Virus record (IMG/VR): IMGVR_UViG_3300037400_006466
Location: 44,098-108,097 of that record
DNA length: 64,000 nt
Reading direction: 5' to 3' (one strand)
Origin: a virus
Lineage: Duplodnaviria; Heunggongvirae; Uroviricota; Caudoviricetes
Positions 9,106 through 19,545 of this stretch are shown here, piece after piece (the first letter of the stretch is position 1; every line of letters begins with the position of its first letter). The notes under the pieces are model-generated. The model ran no database searches. It was not told the origin of the DNA and saw only the letters and a program-made list of their open reading frames with translations. The position numbers and the translations under genes were made by a program.

Positions 9106-10340
9106 TATAAGCTACCTCTCATTACTCCAGCCCACTTGACCATGGCCTTCCATTCACCTTCAATCTTTTCCTTTGTTTCCTTTGCCTCACTTAACCATTC
9201 CTTATAGTCAACAAGTCCAGGAATATCAGATTTTGATTGTCTTCTAAGATTTCCGAAAAGTTCCTTGACACAGGCCTGTGAATAGTCAAATACTCTTGTT
9301 CTATGCTGATGAAGAACATCGTTGAAGTTGAGTGTTTTTCTTGCAAGCCATATGTTCAGCACACCCTGTGTGTTTGACCAGACTCTTATCCATTTGTTCT
9401 TTGGGTTACTGATTGTCTTTGGTGTAGGAGAGCCCGGGTCATTTGGTTCATAAGGACCTTCAAAGTGAACCCTTCTTCCATAATTTATCAAAGCCTGAGC
9501 ATTAGCCCTTGATGTAATGACATTGGTAACAGAGTTGGTTTGAGTCTTGGGTTTCTTTGAGCCTGTGTATGATCCTGACAATCCTGTATAATTGAGTCCA
9601 GAGTATAGTGACTGCTCCATTCCGTAGAAAAGAGGACTGAGCATGTTTCCGTTCATTGAACCACCATACTGCTGTAAGGAAATTCCTACTACATCATAGC
9701 ATGAATCATCTGGAAATTCCACATCCATTTCCATCTGTCCAGCTTCTTCCTCAATGTGGGTTGTGGCAGGAATCCAGTGGAAATATTCTTCAAGAGCAGG
9801 CTTTATTGCAAGGTCACATATTTCATCCCTTGTGTATTCAAGCTCATCCTCTCTGATAAACGGTGAACCCAGAACGCTGATTATCCTTCTGTAATCATCC
9901 TCATTGATGGTGACTTTATCCTGGAGATTATAATTCTTGTAAGGCTTAAAGCTATTATATCTGCTGGAGAACTCGGATGAATTGATGTATTCCTCTACAG
10001 AGGAGTATGCTCCAGGATAATTATTATTAATCCAATCTTTTACTTCATTATTGGTGAGCAATAATGTGAAATAAGGGTTCACTACATTGTATCCAAAGCT
10101 TATTTCACCATAATTTATGTCAAATATTTTTGCAGCAGTCCAATCAATATTTTCAGTACAGGTCTGATTGCAATAAACCCAGGCGCCATTGAGTTCACTG
10201 AGATACATATTGACATAATAAATTTGATTTTCAAGGTATATCTTTGTAGAATCAGTAATTATGTTATTACCCAGAGATTTCCAGGTCATAATCCTTTCTT
10301 CTGGATTAGCCTTGGTTCTGAGGTAGTCTTTCTTTGTCAT
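9105..10340 (-). CDS. Neck / head-tail adaptor protein (T4 gp13-like)
   Basis: IISVLGSPFI..E..YTRDEICD.AI..ALEEY and C-terminal YSQACVKELFG...IPG....EWLSEAKE resemble gp13; about 140 aa N-terminal extension. Confidence 0.65.
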   Translation of the reverse strand: MTKKDYLRTKANPEERIMTWKSLGNNIITDSTKIYLENQIYYVNMYLSELNGAWVYCNQTCTENIDWTAAKIFDINYGEISFGYNVVNPYFTLLLTNNEVKDWINNNYPGAYSSVEEYINSSEFSSRYNSFKPYKNYNLQDKVTINEDDYRRIISVLGSPFIREDELEYTRDEICDLAIKPALEEYFHWIPATTHIEEEAGQMEMDVEFPDDSCYDVVGISLQQYGGSMNGNMLSPLFYGMEQSLYSGLNYTGLSGSYTGSKKPKTQTNSVTNVITSRANAQALINYGRRVHFEGPYEPNDPGSPTPKTISNPKNKWIRVWSNTQGVLNIWLARKTLNFNDVLHQHRTRVFDYSQACVKELFGNLRRQSKSDIPGLVDYKEWLSEAKETKEKIEGEWKAMVKWAGVMRGSL

Positions 10341-10743
10341 CTTCATTATCCTCGAAGTCTATTTCAGCTGTCACAGTGAGTTTTCCGTCACTTGTGGAGA
10401 TGTCCACCTTGGTTATGTCATATTTATTGTCCTTGAGGGCATCTGTTATGGCCTTTATGTCTGTGTCTATGGCATCCCTGGGGGCATCAGCCACCTGGAA
10501 GTCATCCACTATGTATGTTATCTCACATATCACACCCACTATCTGATTCGCTTCAAAGTTCTGACTGACGTCAATGTTGTCCTTTGTGTACTCAGCATTG
10601 GTTCCTCCCAGCATGGAGTCCAGAACTGCATCTATCTTGGGAATCAGTGTATGCCTTATGGTGTTGTTGACCTCAGGAAGAGTCTGCCTTACCAGCTTAT
10701 CCCATGAGTTGTAGTTTCCGCTGTTGAATTGTGAAGATCTCAT
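10306..10743 (-). CDS. Hypothetical protein (late operon with neck gene)
   Basis: 145 aa ORF, phage-like codon usage, ACTAATT on the minus strand at 10769-10775. Confidence 0.65.
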   Translation of the reverse strand: MRSSQFNSGNYNSWDKLVRQTLPEVNNTIRHTLIPKIDAVLDSMLGGTNAEYTKDNIDVSQNFEANQIVGVICEITYIVDDFQVADAPRDAIDTDIKAITDALKDNKYDITKVDISTSDGKLTVTAEIDFEDNEDDKERLPQNQG

Positions 10744-10805
10744 ATGAATATTTTCCTTATACTATAACAATTAGTCAAATACTTGCATTATATTAAGTAT
10801 ATAGA

Positions 10806-11204
10806 GTGAGAAATGCAATGACAAACAATAATCTTCTGAAATTGGATGAGGACTCCAAGAATGTGGTCATGGAGATATCCGCATTGAGCGGTATCCCTCA
10901 GAATGTGGTCAAGGAAGTCCTTGAGTATCTTTTATGCAGTTGGGCTATAAGGATAGCTGACCATCCTGAATCCTATGCCTCATTGACTGTCCCTTATATG
11001 GGTACTGTGAATGTGAAATATGTGGAGGACAAGGTTCTCCCCAACGGTGACATATCCCCTGAGGTGGATTGCTTCGTTGACCTTGCCGCCAACTTCAAGA
11101 AGCTTGTGGGTGATGTCTATTATGAGAAGGACGTGTGCCTTGTTCCGATGCTCCAGAAAAAGATTGAGCAGGCCATTATGGTGGCATCTTCATCAATGGA
11201 TTAA
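10806..11204 (+). CDS. HU/IHF-like DNA-binding protein
   Basis: VVMEISALSGIPQNVVKEVLE...LTVPYMGTVNV fits the HU helix-helix plus beta-arm pattern; alternative start ATG 10818. Confidence 0.55.
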   Translation: MRNAMTNNNLLKLDEDSKNVVMEISALSGIPQNVVKEVLEYLLCSWAIRIADHPESYASLTVPYMGTVNVKYVEDKVLPNGDISPEVDCFVDLAANFKKLVGDVYYEKDVCLVPMLQKKIEQAIMVASSSMD

Positions 11205-11263
11205 TATTACAACTAATTCATAACAAAGCAATAAAATCATTTTATTTTTTGGAGATAAGCTAA

Positions 11264-12331
11264 ATGGCTGAGAAAGATCCTAACAAGCTATATAACGGAA
11301 TCAAGACACTTCAGGACGACCTTGAATCAATCAGAAGTCTGGTTGACGGTATAATCGAGAATTCAAAGACACTCATGAATGATGCCAACGGATTCGGTGG
11401 AGTCATTGCCAAGGTGTTCAAGGAGCAGATGGCCAAGTACTTCATTCCAGGAGTACAGAAGATTGCAGAGCCTATTGACAATCTTGTAAGCGGTGACAGA
11501 GTTCCCGGAAGTCTCAAGGACCTCACAATCTTCCTTGATTCAGTACCTCTTGCAATGATAAGGCAGGAGCCTTCCGTCACAGAGCTGGCTTCACCTGTAG
11601 TTCCCAAGAACGTGGACCTTGACACACCTGCCGGAAAGGTAGAGAGTCCTGTGGATGAGATTCCTCAGGGTCAGTCATACCAGAATGACCAGATAACAGC
11701 TTCAGCTGACGGGGAACTGGCAGAATCTAAAAAAAAAGCCGATAAGGCAGTAGGATTCAGAAAGCTCAAGGAGTTCATTGACTGGGACAATGAGGATGAC
11801 CAGGAAAAGTGGAGGAACTCCCCCAAGGGTAAGGCTGAGGGTGAGTGGTTCAAGAACAGAGTCCATGGTCTGAAGAAAGGATATAATCCTTTTGAGGATG
11901 ATACCCTTGTGAATAAGCCTTGGAACGGACTCTACAATGAGATGGATGCAAAAGACCAGCTTGAGAGATTCGGCAGGGTTTATGTGAATGATGACAACAA
12001 TTCAGTCCTTGACCCACTTTACACAAAGTCGCTTCTCAAGACATGGGGTGAGCCCAACAGACTTGATGATGAGAATCTCCCTCTGAGTGAATCCAAGGAA
12101 GAGGATGACGGACCTGGAATCTGGCAGATTCTTAGGACATCAGCAATAGCATCCTCCTTGGGAGAGGATGTATCCAAGGTAGAGCCACAGGTTGTCTGTG
12201 AGTTCAAGACCAAGGAAGAGGCTGAGGAAAGACTCAAGGCTCTTGAGGATACAGTTCTTCCTGAGGAGAAGGAGCTTCTTGGAACATCCTATAAGATTGA
12301 GAAGCTTCCCATAACCTTGGATGAGGAATGA
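11264..12331 (+). CDS. Putative prohead core / internal protein with protease-type linkers
   Basis: ACTAATT at 11212; linkers LAE-SKKK...KLKE and LSE-SKEE. Confidence 0.6.
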   Translation: MAEKDPNKLYNGIKTLQDDLESIRSLVDGIIENSKTLMNDANGFGGVIAKVFKEQMAKYFIPGVQKIAEPIDNLVSGDRVPGSLKDLTIFLDSVPLAMIRQEPSVTELASPVVPKNVDLDTPAGKVESPVDEIPQGQSYQNDQITASADGELAESKKKADKAVGFRKLKEFIDWDNEDDQEKWRNSPKGKAEGEWFKNRVHGLKKGYNPFEDDTLVNKPWNGLYNEMDAKDQLERFGRVYVNDDNNSVLDPLYTKSLLKTWGEPNRLDDENLPLSESKEEDDGPGIWQILRTSAIASSLGEDVSKVEPQVVCEFKTKEEAEERLKALEDTVLPEEKELLGTSYKIEKLPITLDEE

Positions 12332-12346
12332 TATCTTCTATCCCAC

Positions 12347-12380
12347 AAAAAAGACCCTCTTTTGAGGGTCTGTTTTTTTT
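12347..12380. terminator. Bidirectional terminator
   Basis: AAAAA-AGACCCTC-TTTT-GAGGGTCT-GTTTTTTTT between convergent genes. Confidence 0.85.
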
Positions 12381-14526
12381 ATAAGGAGAGTCCCAATGAT
12401 TCAAGGAGCTTGTTTGTCTGATCTTCTGCATTCTTCTGTTCCCCTAATGGTGTGAGGTCCTCCTTTTTAGGGCCTCCTGTCCATGTCTCCTCTGACAGAG
12501 GGAAATAGAGCCTGCACAATTCTATGCTGGCACAGACTGAATCGCTGACATCCTTGCCGAACCATCCTATCTTGGATGTATCCCATCTGTCATCTCCTGT
12601 AAGGACCTGCTCCCTTGAGTTGTCATGGTCAATCTTTGATTTTCCTTTCTCTGTCTTGGGTCTGACCACATTGAGTGACTTTATGTTGTTCTTCAGGAAG
12701 ATGTTTCTTCCGCAGGCTATCCTTCCCGTATTCATGAGACTTATCATGTTCAGGTAAGGATCCATGGTCTTATCGACTGACAGCTTCTCCACCTCGAATT
12801 TCTCCCTTTGGAGATTCTGTATGGTGGTCTCGCTCTGGAACTGGTCAAAGGAGATGTGGGCGAGGTTGATATGTCCCTTTTTCTTCAAGTCCTCTATGAA
12901 TATTCTTATGGCCTCAAGATTTATATTGCTTTTCTTTGTGGGGAGTATAGGTATGCAGAAGTCCACCACATATATCAGCTCACCGGTATCCCCCAATCTT
13001 TCCACATGACTCATTGAGATTGAGGTGACATCTGTGGCGTAGGACTGGTCAACTGACAGACATCTCGGAATCCTTGGCTTGTAATAGAACTCATACTGTC
13101 CGTTTCTGTTCTTGAAGAACATGGGGCATATCTGATTCCATATGAGGTCTCTGGGGGATGCATCCGCAGGGGCCTCTATGTTGAGATAGATGTTCTTCAG
13201 GTTGTTGTTGAACATCCTTTCAAGGGGTATATAATCATACACAAGACTTCCTGCAGTTCCAGTAGGAATACCTGCCCAGTCCTTCAGTGCCTTCTTGAGG
13301 TCATCCTTGAACACCTGCTTCAATGAGCCTGGGACTGTGATTATCTTGTTTTTGTCAGCAGTATCTGATTCAAGGATAGGGTCATTCTTTTCAAGAATTT
13401 TTGGAGGATTACCTCTGCCACCAAGATAGACCTGGAAGGTATTTCCTGTCTCAAAGTCATTCTTGTAATCATCTGGTCTCCATTCCCATCTTGAACCTTT
13501 AACGATGTAGTTGGTTGGGTCTTCACTTGCCTTGTTCACAATGTAATCGTCTATTGCATTGTTCAAGTCATTAGGTGATGAGTCAAGGATTGACCTTCCG
13601 TAGTAATCGACAATCTTGTTTCCTGTTTTGTAGTCAACTTGATTTGTCTCCAATCTTGAACGGACACGGGCCTTTCCGTCATTGTATATCCTCAATATAT
13701 AATCAGAGGATTTACCTGCATCTGTGAAGAAGGCCAACTCTGAATATGTTATGGACACAAGGGTCAGTCCTAACAATGCCTGAGGGCTTGATGCAGCCTT
13801 GATGCTCAGACCTGAGTCGAACTCAAATATGGATGACTTGTCTTTTGCAGCTGATGTGTAGTAGAGCTTTGTGACAGGTTTCCCTTGCTTGAACTCATTG
13901 ACAAGTTCCTGCATGGAATCTCTTCTGGTGACTCTTTCAAAGAAGGGTGAGGATTCCATTATGTTCATGAACGGACTTACAAGGACCTCATATGACTTCT
14001 TTATGGAGTAGGAAATAAGCATTGAGGAGAAGCTTGTTGCCTTACTTAATCCAAAATACTTGTTAGGGTCATGCATCAGAGAGACACAAATATCCAGGTA
14101 AAGAGTTATGAGTGTGGAAAGGAAGCTTTTGCCCCAACCAATGTGAGGATACAGAATAAGATTTCTGTATTCTGCTGTCGGATTCATGAAATCTATGAAT
14201 GTCTGTTTGACCCAAGGATACAGAGTATCAGCGGTTGGACCAAGATACTTGGCTGTGAGAAATTCTTCAGGTGTGGGTGGTTTGGCCCTATAGTTTATTT
14301 TCCAAGAATCTTGCAGTAATCCTATCTTCTGTTTTTCATCAAGGGAGTCATTGTTTGTAAGGAAATCAAGGGCTTTCTTTATGGTGTTCATGTCCAGTCC
14401 TTCTATTTCCTTAAGGGCTGAATTATCACCTTGTATCAAGTCCTTTAATATGTATTGGGTGTTGTTCAATATGTTAGGGTCAACACCGTAATCTGTTTTT
14501 TCATCAGGTTTCTTTAATTCTGGCAT
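12379..14526 (-). CDS. terL: Terminase large subunit
   Basis: PPTPEEFL..KYLG, Walker A HIGWGKS, nuclease motifs LSVDQS, SFDQFQS, KIDH...KDVSDSV. Confidence 0.9.
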   Translation of the reverse strand: MPELKKPDEKTDYGVDPNILNNTQYILKDLIQGDNSALKEIEGLDMNTIKKALDFLTNNDSLDEKQKIGLLQDSWKINYRAKPPTPEEFLTAKYLGPTADTLYPWVKQTFIDFMNPTAEYRNLILYPHIGWGKSFLSTLITLYLDICVSLMHDPNKYFGLSKATSFSSMLISYSIKKSYEVLVSPFMNIMESSPFFERVTRRDSMQELVNEFKQGKPVTKLYYTSAAKDKSSIFEFDSGLSIKAASSPQALLGLTLVSITYSELAFFTDAGKSSDYILRIYNDGKARVRSRLETNQVDYKTGNKIVDYYGRSILDSSPNDLNNAIDDYIVNKASEDPTNYIVKGSRWEWRPDDYKNDFETGNTFQVYLGGRGNPPKILEKNDPILESDTADKNKIITVPGSLKQVFKDDLKKALKDWAGIPTGTAGSLVYDYIPLERMFNNNLKNIYLNIEAPADASPRDLIWNQICPMFFKNRNGQYEFYYKPRIPRCLSVDQSYATDVTSISMSHVERLGDTGELIYVVDFCIPILPTKKSNINLEAIRIFIEDLKKKGHINLAHISFDQFQSETTIQNLQREKFEVEKLSVDKTMDPYLNMISLMNTGRIACGRNIFLKNNIKSLNVVRPKTEKGKSKIDHDNSREQVLTGDDRWDTSKIGWFGKDVSDSVCASIELCRLYFPLSEETWTGGPKKEDLTPLGEQKNAEDQTNKLLESLGLSL

Positions 14527-14687
14527 ATAATTCCTTATAATTTATAAACTAAATAGTTATATATTTGTGATTCCAACTAATTTTTACAAGAAGCTATCCA
14601 CAAATGGGAGCCTAATATCCCTAAAATAGGATAAAATGACCGTAGGCTGAGGGTTTCTTAATATATGAAAAGCTAGAGGTAAATTGA

Positions 14688-16457
14688 ATGGCTACAAAGA
14701 AAAGATTTAAGGAAGCTGAGTTCGTTGACCAGAACGAGACACAGGCTCAGGCAGTTCCTGCAACAGATGCTGAGGTCGCACAGGCTGCTCCTGTTGAGGC
14801 TGCTCCTGCAGAACCAGTTGATGCTGCTCCTGTTGAGGATAAGGCAGTTCTCCCAGAGGGAACAGATGAGGCCGCCGCTGACGGTGGTGTTGAGGTGAAT
14901 CCTGCAACAGTCTCTGTTCAGGTTCAGATTCCGGTTGACCAGTTGGGAGCCGCTGTGGCTCAGGCAACAGGTGACCAGGAAGTCGCTAATCTTTCACCTG
15001 ATGTTGAATCAGCACAGGAGGCAGAGTTGGTTTCAGAGACACCAGATGAGGATATTCCTGTTGAAGGTGCCACAGAGGAAGCCCCTGCTGAGATGGGTGG
15101 TGATGAAGGTGTTGAACCACAGCTTGAGTCAAAGGAATCCGCAGACAACAGACTCAAAGAGGATGTTTTCACAGATTCAGACAAAGTTGAGGGAAAGGAC
15201 GATTACGGCAAGGGTGATTCATCCGATGATAACTATCAGGATGGAAAGGATTCAGCCAATAAGCATGAGGACCCCAGAATGGACATGATTGACCATGCCA
15301 TTCCTGAGGAGGGAAAGGCTCTCAAGGAGTCTGAGGATGATGATGAGGTTGAGGATGAGGCTGATGACCTTCCTCCAGGAATGGAAGGTGAGGATGCTGA
15401 CCTTGACATGGATGCCCTTGGCGGAGAGGAAGGACCTGGTTTTGCAGCCTCCAACGAATTCGATGTTGAGATAGATGAGAATGACCCTGCAGTGCAGGAC
15501 TTCCTCAGCAAGATAGATGATTATCTCGCTGATGAGGAAGCTCAGCCAGCTCAGGTCGCAGATGCTCTCAGAGCTTCAGCTGACTTCTTTGATGCAATTG
15601 CACCAGAGGAAGAGGAAGCTGAGGATGGTGACCTTCTTGATGTTGAGGAAGGTGAGGATGACATTGAGGATGATGGAGACATTCCTCTTGACCTGGATGC
15701 CATCAACGGATATAAGACCAGCGGTCATGCCAAGACAGGTGATGATGTCCTTGACCAGTTCTCAGAGCTTCCTGAGGAAGATGAGGATTATGAGGAGTCA
15801 GTCACCAGAGTTCCTTGCAAGTTCCCTGGAAAGAAGTTCAGTGAGAGCAAGAGAGTTCCAAGAGATCTTCCTCTTGTCAAGGAGACCAAGAGAGTCAAAG
15901 AGTCCTTTGAGGATGATGAATACTTTGATGAAGATGAAGATTGGGATGCTTATGAGGAGTTTGATAAGCTCATAGATGAATGGGGTGCTGAAAAGGCCCT
16001 TAGAGCACTTAAGAGATTCATTTCCAATTATGACCCAGACCTTATTACCAATTTTGTTGATGAAGTTAAGAAAGGAAATGTTGATGCAGGTCTTTATGAG
16101 TCCAAGAAGCCTGTCGCCAAGAAGCTCAATGAAGAGACTGATTACAGTGCTGTGAAGTTCCCTGCAGGCTCAAGTGACGCAGATGATGACAATGACATCA
16201 TTTCAGTCTATGAGAAGACACAGAACTCCAGAAGAAATGCAATCAGGAACTTCAGGGAGTCAGTCATCAGGAATGAGGAGAACATCCCTTCAAGACAGAG
16301 CGCATCAAGATTCAATGAGGCCCTGAGAAGCTCAGTGAGGATGAACGGAAGCTCCAAGGGCTCAAAGTCTTGGGCAGACAACAAATTCCTTGACAAGTAC
16401 AACGAGTCACAGGAACTCAACTTCAAGCAGCTCATCAGCGAAGGATTTCTGGGTTAA
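14688..16457 (+). CDS. Highly acidic prohead core/scaffold-like protein
   Basis: 589 aa Asp/Glu-rich with many xxE-S sites; ACTAATT at 14576; ends GFLG. Confidence 0.65.
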   Translation: MATKKRFKEAEFVDQNETQAQAVPATDAEVAQAAPVEAAPAEPVDAAPVEDKAVLPEGTDEAAADGGVEVNPATVSVQVQIPVDQLGAAVAQATGDQEVANLSPDVESAQEAELVSETPDEDIPVEGATEEAPAEMGGDEGVEPQLESKESADNRLKEDVFTDSDKVEGKDDYGKGDSSDDNYQDGKDSANKHEDPRMDMIDHAIPEEGKALKESEDDDEVEDEADDLPPGMEGEDADLDMDALGGEEGPGFAASNEFDVEIDENDPAVQDFLSKIDDYLADEEAQPAQVADALRASADFFDAIAPEEEEAEDGDLLDVEEGEDDIEDDGDIPLDLDAINGYKTSGHAKTGDDVLDQFSELPEEDEDYEESVTRVPCKFPGKKFSESKRVPRDLPLVKETKRVKESFEDDEYFDEDEDWDAYEEFDKLIDEWGAEKALRALKRFISNYDPDLITNFVDEVKKGNVDAGLYESKKPVAKKLNEETDYSAVKFPAGSSDADDDNDIISVYEKTQNSRRNAIRNFRESVIRNEENIPSRQSASRFNEALRSSVRMNGSSKGSKSWADNKFLDKYNESQELNFKQLISEGFLG

Positions 16458-16813
16458 TGGCTATCAGAGAAAGGAGCAGATTGGCTGAGAAGTCAGTCTA
16501 CTCCCTTAAGAATGAGGTTCTGGGTTTCATCATAAGGGACTCAGAGAACGGGAAGTATCTTGCTGAAAAGCCCCTCAGCAATGAAGGGGCTACAGACTAT
16601 TCATCTGATTCATGGTGGGCTGATTCCATGGATGATGCATCAGTGTTCATGAAAGTGGATGATGCTTTCTATGCATTGGATGATGTGGCTACTGATTTCG
16701 CTGATGCAAGCGGGATTGACAAGGATGATGTCATAGACAGGTTTGAGGTCAATCCCATATATTCCTCAGACATCTATGTCAAGGAAGCCCCTTTAAGCAG
16801 AGGTCTGAGATAA
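16457..16813 (+). CDS. Hypothetical protein
   Basis: TAATG overlap with the upstream gene; MAIRE/RLAE-type N-terminus; terminator at 16835-16861. Confidence 0.65.
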   Translation: MAIRERSRLAEKSVYSLKNEVLGFIIRDSENGKYLAEKPLSNEGATDYSSDSWWADSMDDASVFMKVDDAFYALDDVATDFADASGIDKDDVIDRFEVNPIYSSDIYVKEAPLSRGLR

Positions 16814-16879
16814 ACAGAATCAAAAAAAAAAATACCCCACAGAAATGTGGGGTTTATTTTTATCTGTTTATTATTCTTA

Positions 16880-17263
16880 TTATACTTTTTTGGCTATGGC
16901 CATCCATGTGAATCCAGCTCCAGTAAAGTGGGACAGACTTGCCATAAGGGTTATTTCAGAATTATCAGGTTTTCCGAATGCGCTGAACTTGATACTCTTG
17001 AGGTAATCTTCATTGATTATATCCTTAGCAAATTTGAGGACTTCATTCTTGAATAATTTTTTAAGTCCTTCAATGGAATTAGCATCTGTCTCAGTAAGAG
17101 TATCAGTTATATTGGTTCTGCTAACATAAGAAGTACTAAGATGTCCTTTTGAAGTTTTGGATGGCTGTGTGAATATCATTTTAGTTATGTGAAATCTTTC
17201 TTTATTTCCAAGGCCTAAGAACTCTTTTAAAGTATTATTATCTTTCCAGGACTTTTTATTCAT
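16880..17263 (-). CDS. Hypothetical protein with conserved KKxWK leader (putative internal head protein)
   Basis: Starts MNKKSWKDNNTLKE; ACTAACT at 17282-17288 (minus); RBS GGAG. Confidence 0.7.
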   Translation of the reverse strand: MNKKSWKDNNTLKEFLGLGNKERFHITKMIFTQPSKTSKGHLSTSYVSRTNITDTLTETDANSIEGLKKLFKNEVLKFAKDIINEDYLKSIKFSAFGKPDNSEITLMASLSHFTGAGFTWMAIAKKV

Positions 17264-17301
17264 TATTTTTCTCCAATAAAGAGTTAGTTATTTTTTAGGA
17301 A

Positions 17302-17649
17302 TCAATATCCGCAGAAGTCTCCGTCTGTGGAAATGAGTCCTCCAATATAAGGAGTTCCCTTGTACTTGGGTCTGTTGGGTCCGACCTCAAGGATTGAGAC
17401 CCTTGAGAGCTTTGTCTGCTTCTCACCACGGAACTCAGTCTCACCAGTGACAGAGGCAACAAACTTGTCTCCAACCCAAATCTCCTTGGAAGTGCTGACG
17501 GTGTAAATGACTCCATCCTCACCTACAACTCTGTAGAAGAAACTGTCTGTCTTAGGAAAGACACCAGAAAGTGCATATCCATAAGTAGAATGTCTCAGAA
17601 CCTTAACTTCCTTGGCGGTGACTTCTCTTCTTTCTTTCTTGGTAGCCAT
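17302..17649 (-). CDS. Early hypothetical protein (possible OB-fold)
   Basis: Beta-rich, ends G.TEFRGEKQTKLSRV; own sigma70-type promoter; RBS AAGGAG. Confidence 0.65.
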   Translation of the reverse strand: MATKKERREVTAKEVKVLRHSTYGYALSGVFPKTDSFFYRVVGEDGVIYTVSTSKEIWVGDKFVASVTGETEFRGEKQTKLSRVSILEVGPNRPKYKGTPYIGGLISTDGDFCGY

Positions 17650-17671
17650 ATCTCTTTCTCCTTACATTCTC

Positions 17672-17700
17672 ATAATAACAGAAAAGGGACTTGTTGTCAA
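17672..17700 (-). promoter_or_regulatory. Sigma70-type early promoter
   Basis: TTGACA-17nt-TATTAT. Confidence 0.85.
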
Positions 17701-17731
17701 GTCCCTTATTTATTTTTTTTTGTTTTTTTTA

Positions 17732-18196
17732 TCAATCTACCAGAACAAGCTTCTTGTTCAGATAGGCATCAACCATTTCAATAACCACATACTTGTAGTC
17801 ACTGATGGTATCATTATTGGAAGAATAGGTCTCCTCATCAATTTTGGAGACATTTCTGAACTTGGGTGAGATATAACAGTCTGTATCCTCTGCAATATCA
17901 AGAAGAGTTGAACTCCATTTCTTTTTGAGTGTGGGGTCAAGAATCCTGACAGTACCAGAGAAGGACTCTGTATCAATATCAATATTGACAGTGAATTCAA
18001 GACCATAGAACTTTGACCTTGAGGACTTTCTGAGCTTGAAGGTCTTACCATTGATTTCCTCTACGAAAATCTCCTTCTTGGCAGAAAGAATAAGTGCCTC
18101 CTGAGCCTTGATTGCCTGCTGAAGCTGAACAATCTGTTCATCGAATGTCTTGATGGTGGCCTCACACTGTTTGATAGTCTTAATGTTCTTATTCAT
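17732..18196 (-). CDS. Early hypothetical protein (N-terminal coiled coil)
   Basis: 154 aa ORF, RBS AAGGAG, promoter TTGACA-17-TATTAT at 18221-18249. Confidence 0.7.
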   Translation of the reverse strand: MNKNIKTIKQCEATIKTFDEQIVQLQQAIKAQEALILSAKKEIFVEEINGKTFKLRKSSRSKFYGLEFTVNIDIDTESFSGTVRILDPTLKKKWSSTLLDIAEDTDCYISPKFRNVSKIDEETYSSNNDTISDYKYVVIEMVDAYLNKKLVLVD

Positions 18197-18245
18197 AGGT
18201 TTATCTCTCCTTACATTCTTATAATAACATATTGAAGACTTTCTG

Positions 18246-18686
18246 TCAACAGTTAAAGTTGATTAAATTAATCAGATTTTCTGTACTAATCTCATCATTT
18301 TTGATTTGATTAATGAGATTTTCAAGACTTGAAATAAGGGTTTTCTTATAGTCGTTTGACCCATCAGAAGAAAAGTAGTTTATGAATTCAATATCGAATC
18401 TTCCTTTCTCTTCAAGCTGTTTGTCAATAATGTCAATAAGGCCAAGCCACTTATCATGGACAAGATTTCTCTTTTCTTCTGTCCAAGAACTGTCATTGAT
18501 GCCATCATCCTCTTCACTGAAATAATTTCCATCCCAAAGGACACTCTCTGCATCCTTTGTGAAAGACTTTCTGTAGTCCCATGGAGTATCTCTCTGACCT
18601 GCCATGTAAGAGAAAGAGATTGCATCATCACAAATCTCACCTTTTTCAATGTTGTTGGGTGTTCCGTGAAGGATTACATAATTCAT
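18246..18686 (-). CDS. Early hypothetical protein
   Basis: 146 aa ORF, RBS AAGGAG, promoter TTGACA-17-TATATT at 18709-18737. Confidence 0.7.
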   Translation of the reverse strand: MNYVILHGTPNNIEKGEICDDAISFSYMAGQRDTPWDYRKSFTKDAESVLWDGNYFSEEDDGINDSSWTEEKRNLVHDKWLGLIDIIDKQLEEKGRFDIEFINYFSSDGSNDYKKTLISSLENLINQIKNDEISTENLINLINFNC

Positions 18687-18786
18687 AGGCTTTCTCCTTT
18701 ACATATATAATATATAATATTTTCTTAATTATGTCAACTATCTGTTCATGGTTTGTTGAAAGAGGTGGATTAAGGACTAATTCTAT

Positions 18787-19260
18787 ATGCTGGAATCAGA
18801 TTTCAATACTATCGTGACAAAATCCTTCAATTCTCAGGGCGGGTATGGGTTCAAGATTCCAGATGAACGCTCCACCATAACTGGATTCCATTCCAAGAAT
18901 CCCTATGATGTATACGGATTATACAAGGGGAAATTTTGGGCATGGGAATCCAAATGGATGAACAAGGTTCAGTCCTTCAACTTCAGCAGGCTTGAGGACC
19001 ATCAGATAGACAATCTCATAAAATCCTATGAGATAATGGATGGAAATGGTATAAGTATATTCGCCATAGGGGTGGATTTCGGAAGGGCTGACAAAAGAGT
19101 TTTCATATGGGGTAACGAAGAGCTTTATATTATAAAGGAGAGGAAATTATCCAAAAAGAACATTCTGGGAAAGGAGTTCAAGGAACTTGATAACTTTGTC
19201 AGGATAACCAAAGGGGCTGTTCCCATGGATGATGTCCTGAGACTCATATACAAGGATTAA
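18787..19260 (+). CDS. RecU-like Holliday junction resolvase
   Basis: ESDF...KIPD...PYDVYG...WAWESK...SFNFSRLEDHQIDNL. Confidence 0.75.
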   Translation: MLESDFNTIVTKSFNSQGGYGFKIPDERSTITGFHSKNPYDVYGLYKGKFWAWESKWMNKVQSFNFSRLEDHQIDNLIKSYEIMDGNGISIFAIGVDFGRADKRVFIWGNEELYIIKERKLSKKNILGKEFKELDNFVRITKGAVPMDDVLRLIYKD

Positions 19261-19268
19261 CTGATTAA

Positions 19269-19505
19269 ATGCTTTACAGATTCATATGTCCCAAATGCAG
19301 GAACACCATGGAGATAAACGTATCCTCTGATGAGATAAAGAACCAGAGGATTGTCTGCGGAAAATGCAATGAGCTGATGAGAAGGGATTGGAGGGCATCC
19401 ATGTTTGCCGCTGATTCAGACAAGGCATCCAACATAGAGGATACCTCATATCTCAACAGCATAATGGATACAAGACCCAGTGGAAAGACCCGTTCTATCT
19501 ACTGA
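19269..19505 (+). CDS. FmdB-like zinc-ribbon protein
   Basis: YRFICPKC...CGKC...MRR. Confidence 0.75.
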   Translation: MLYRFICPKCRNTMEINVSSDEIKNQRIVCGKCNELMRRDWRASMFAADSDKASNIEDTSYLNSIMDTRPSGKTRSIY

Positions 19506-19545
19506 TATCTCTATATCTCACTAATTATTGAGATTGGATAGTTTT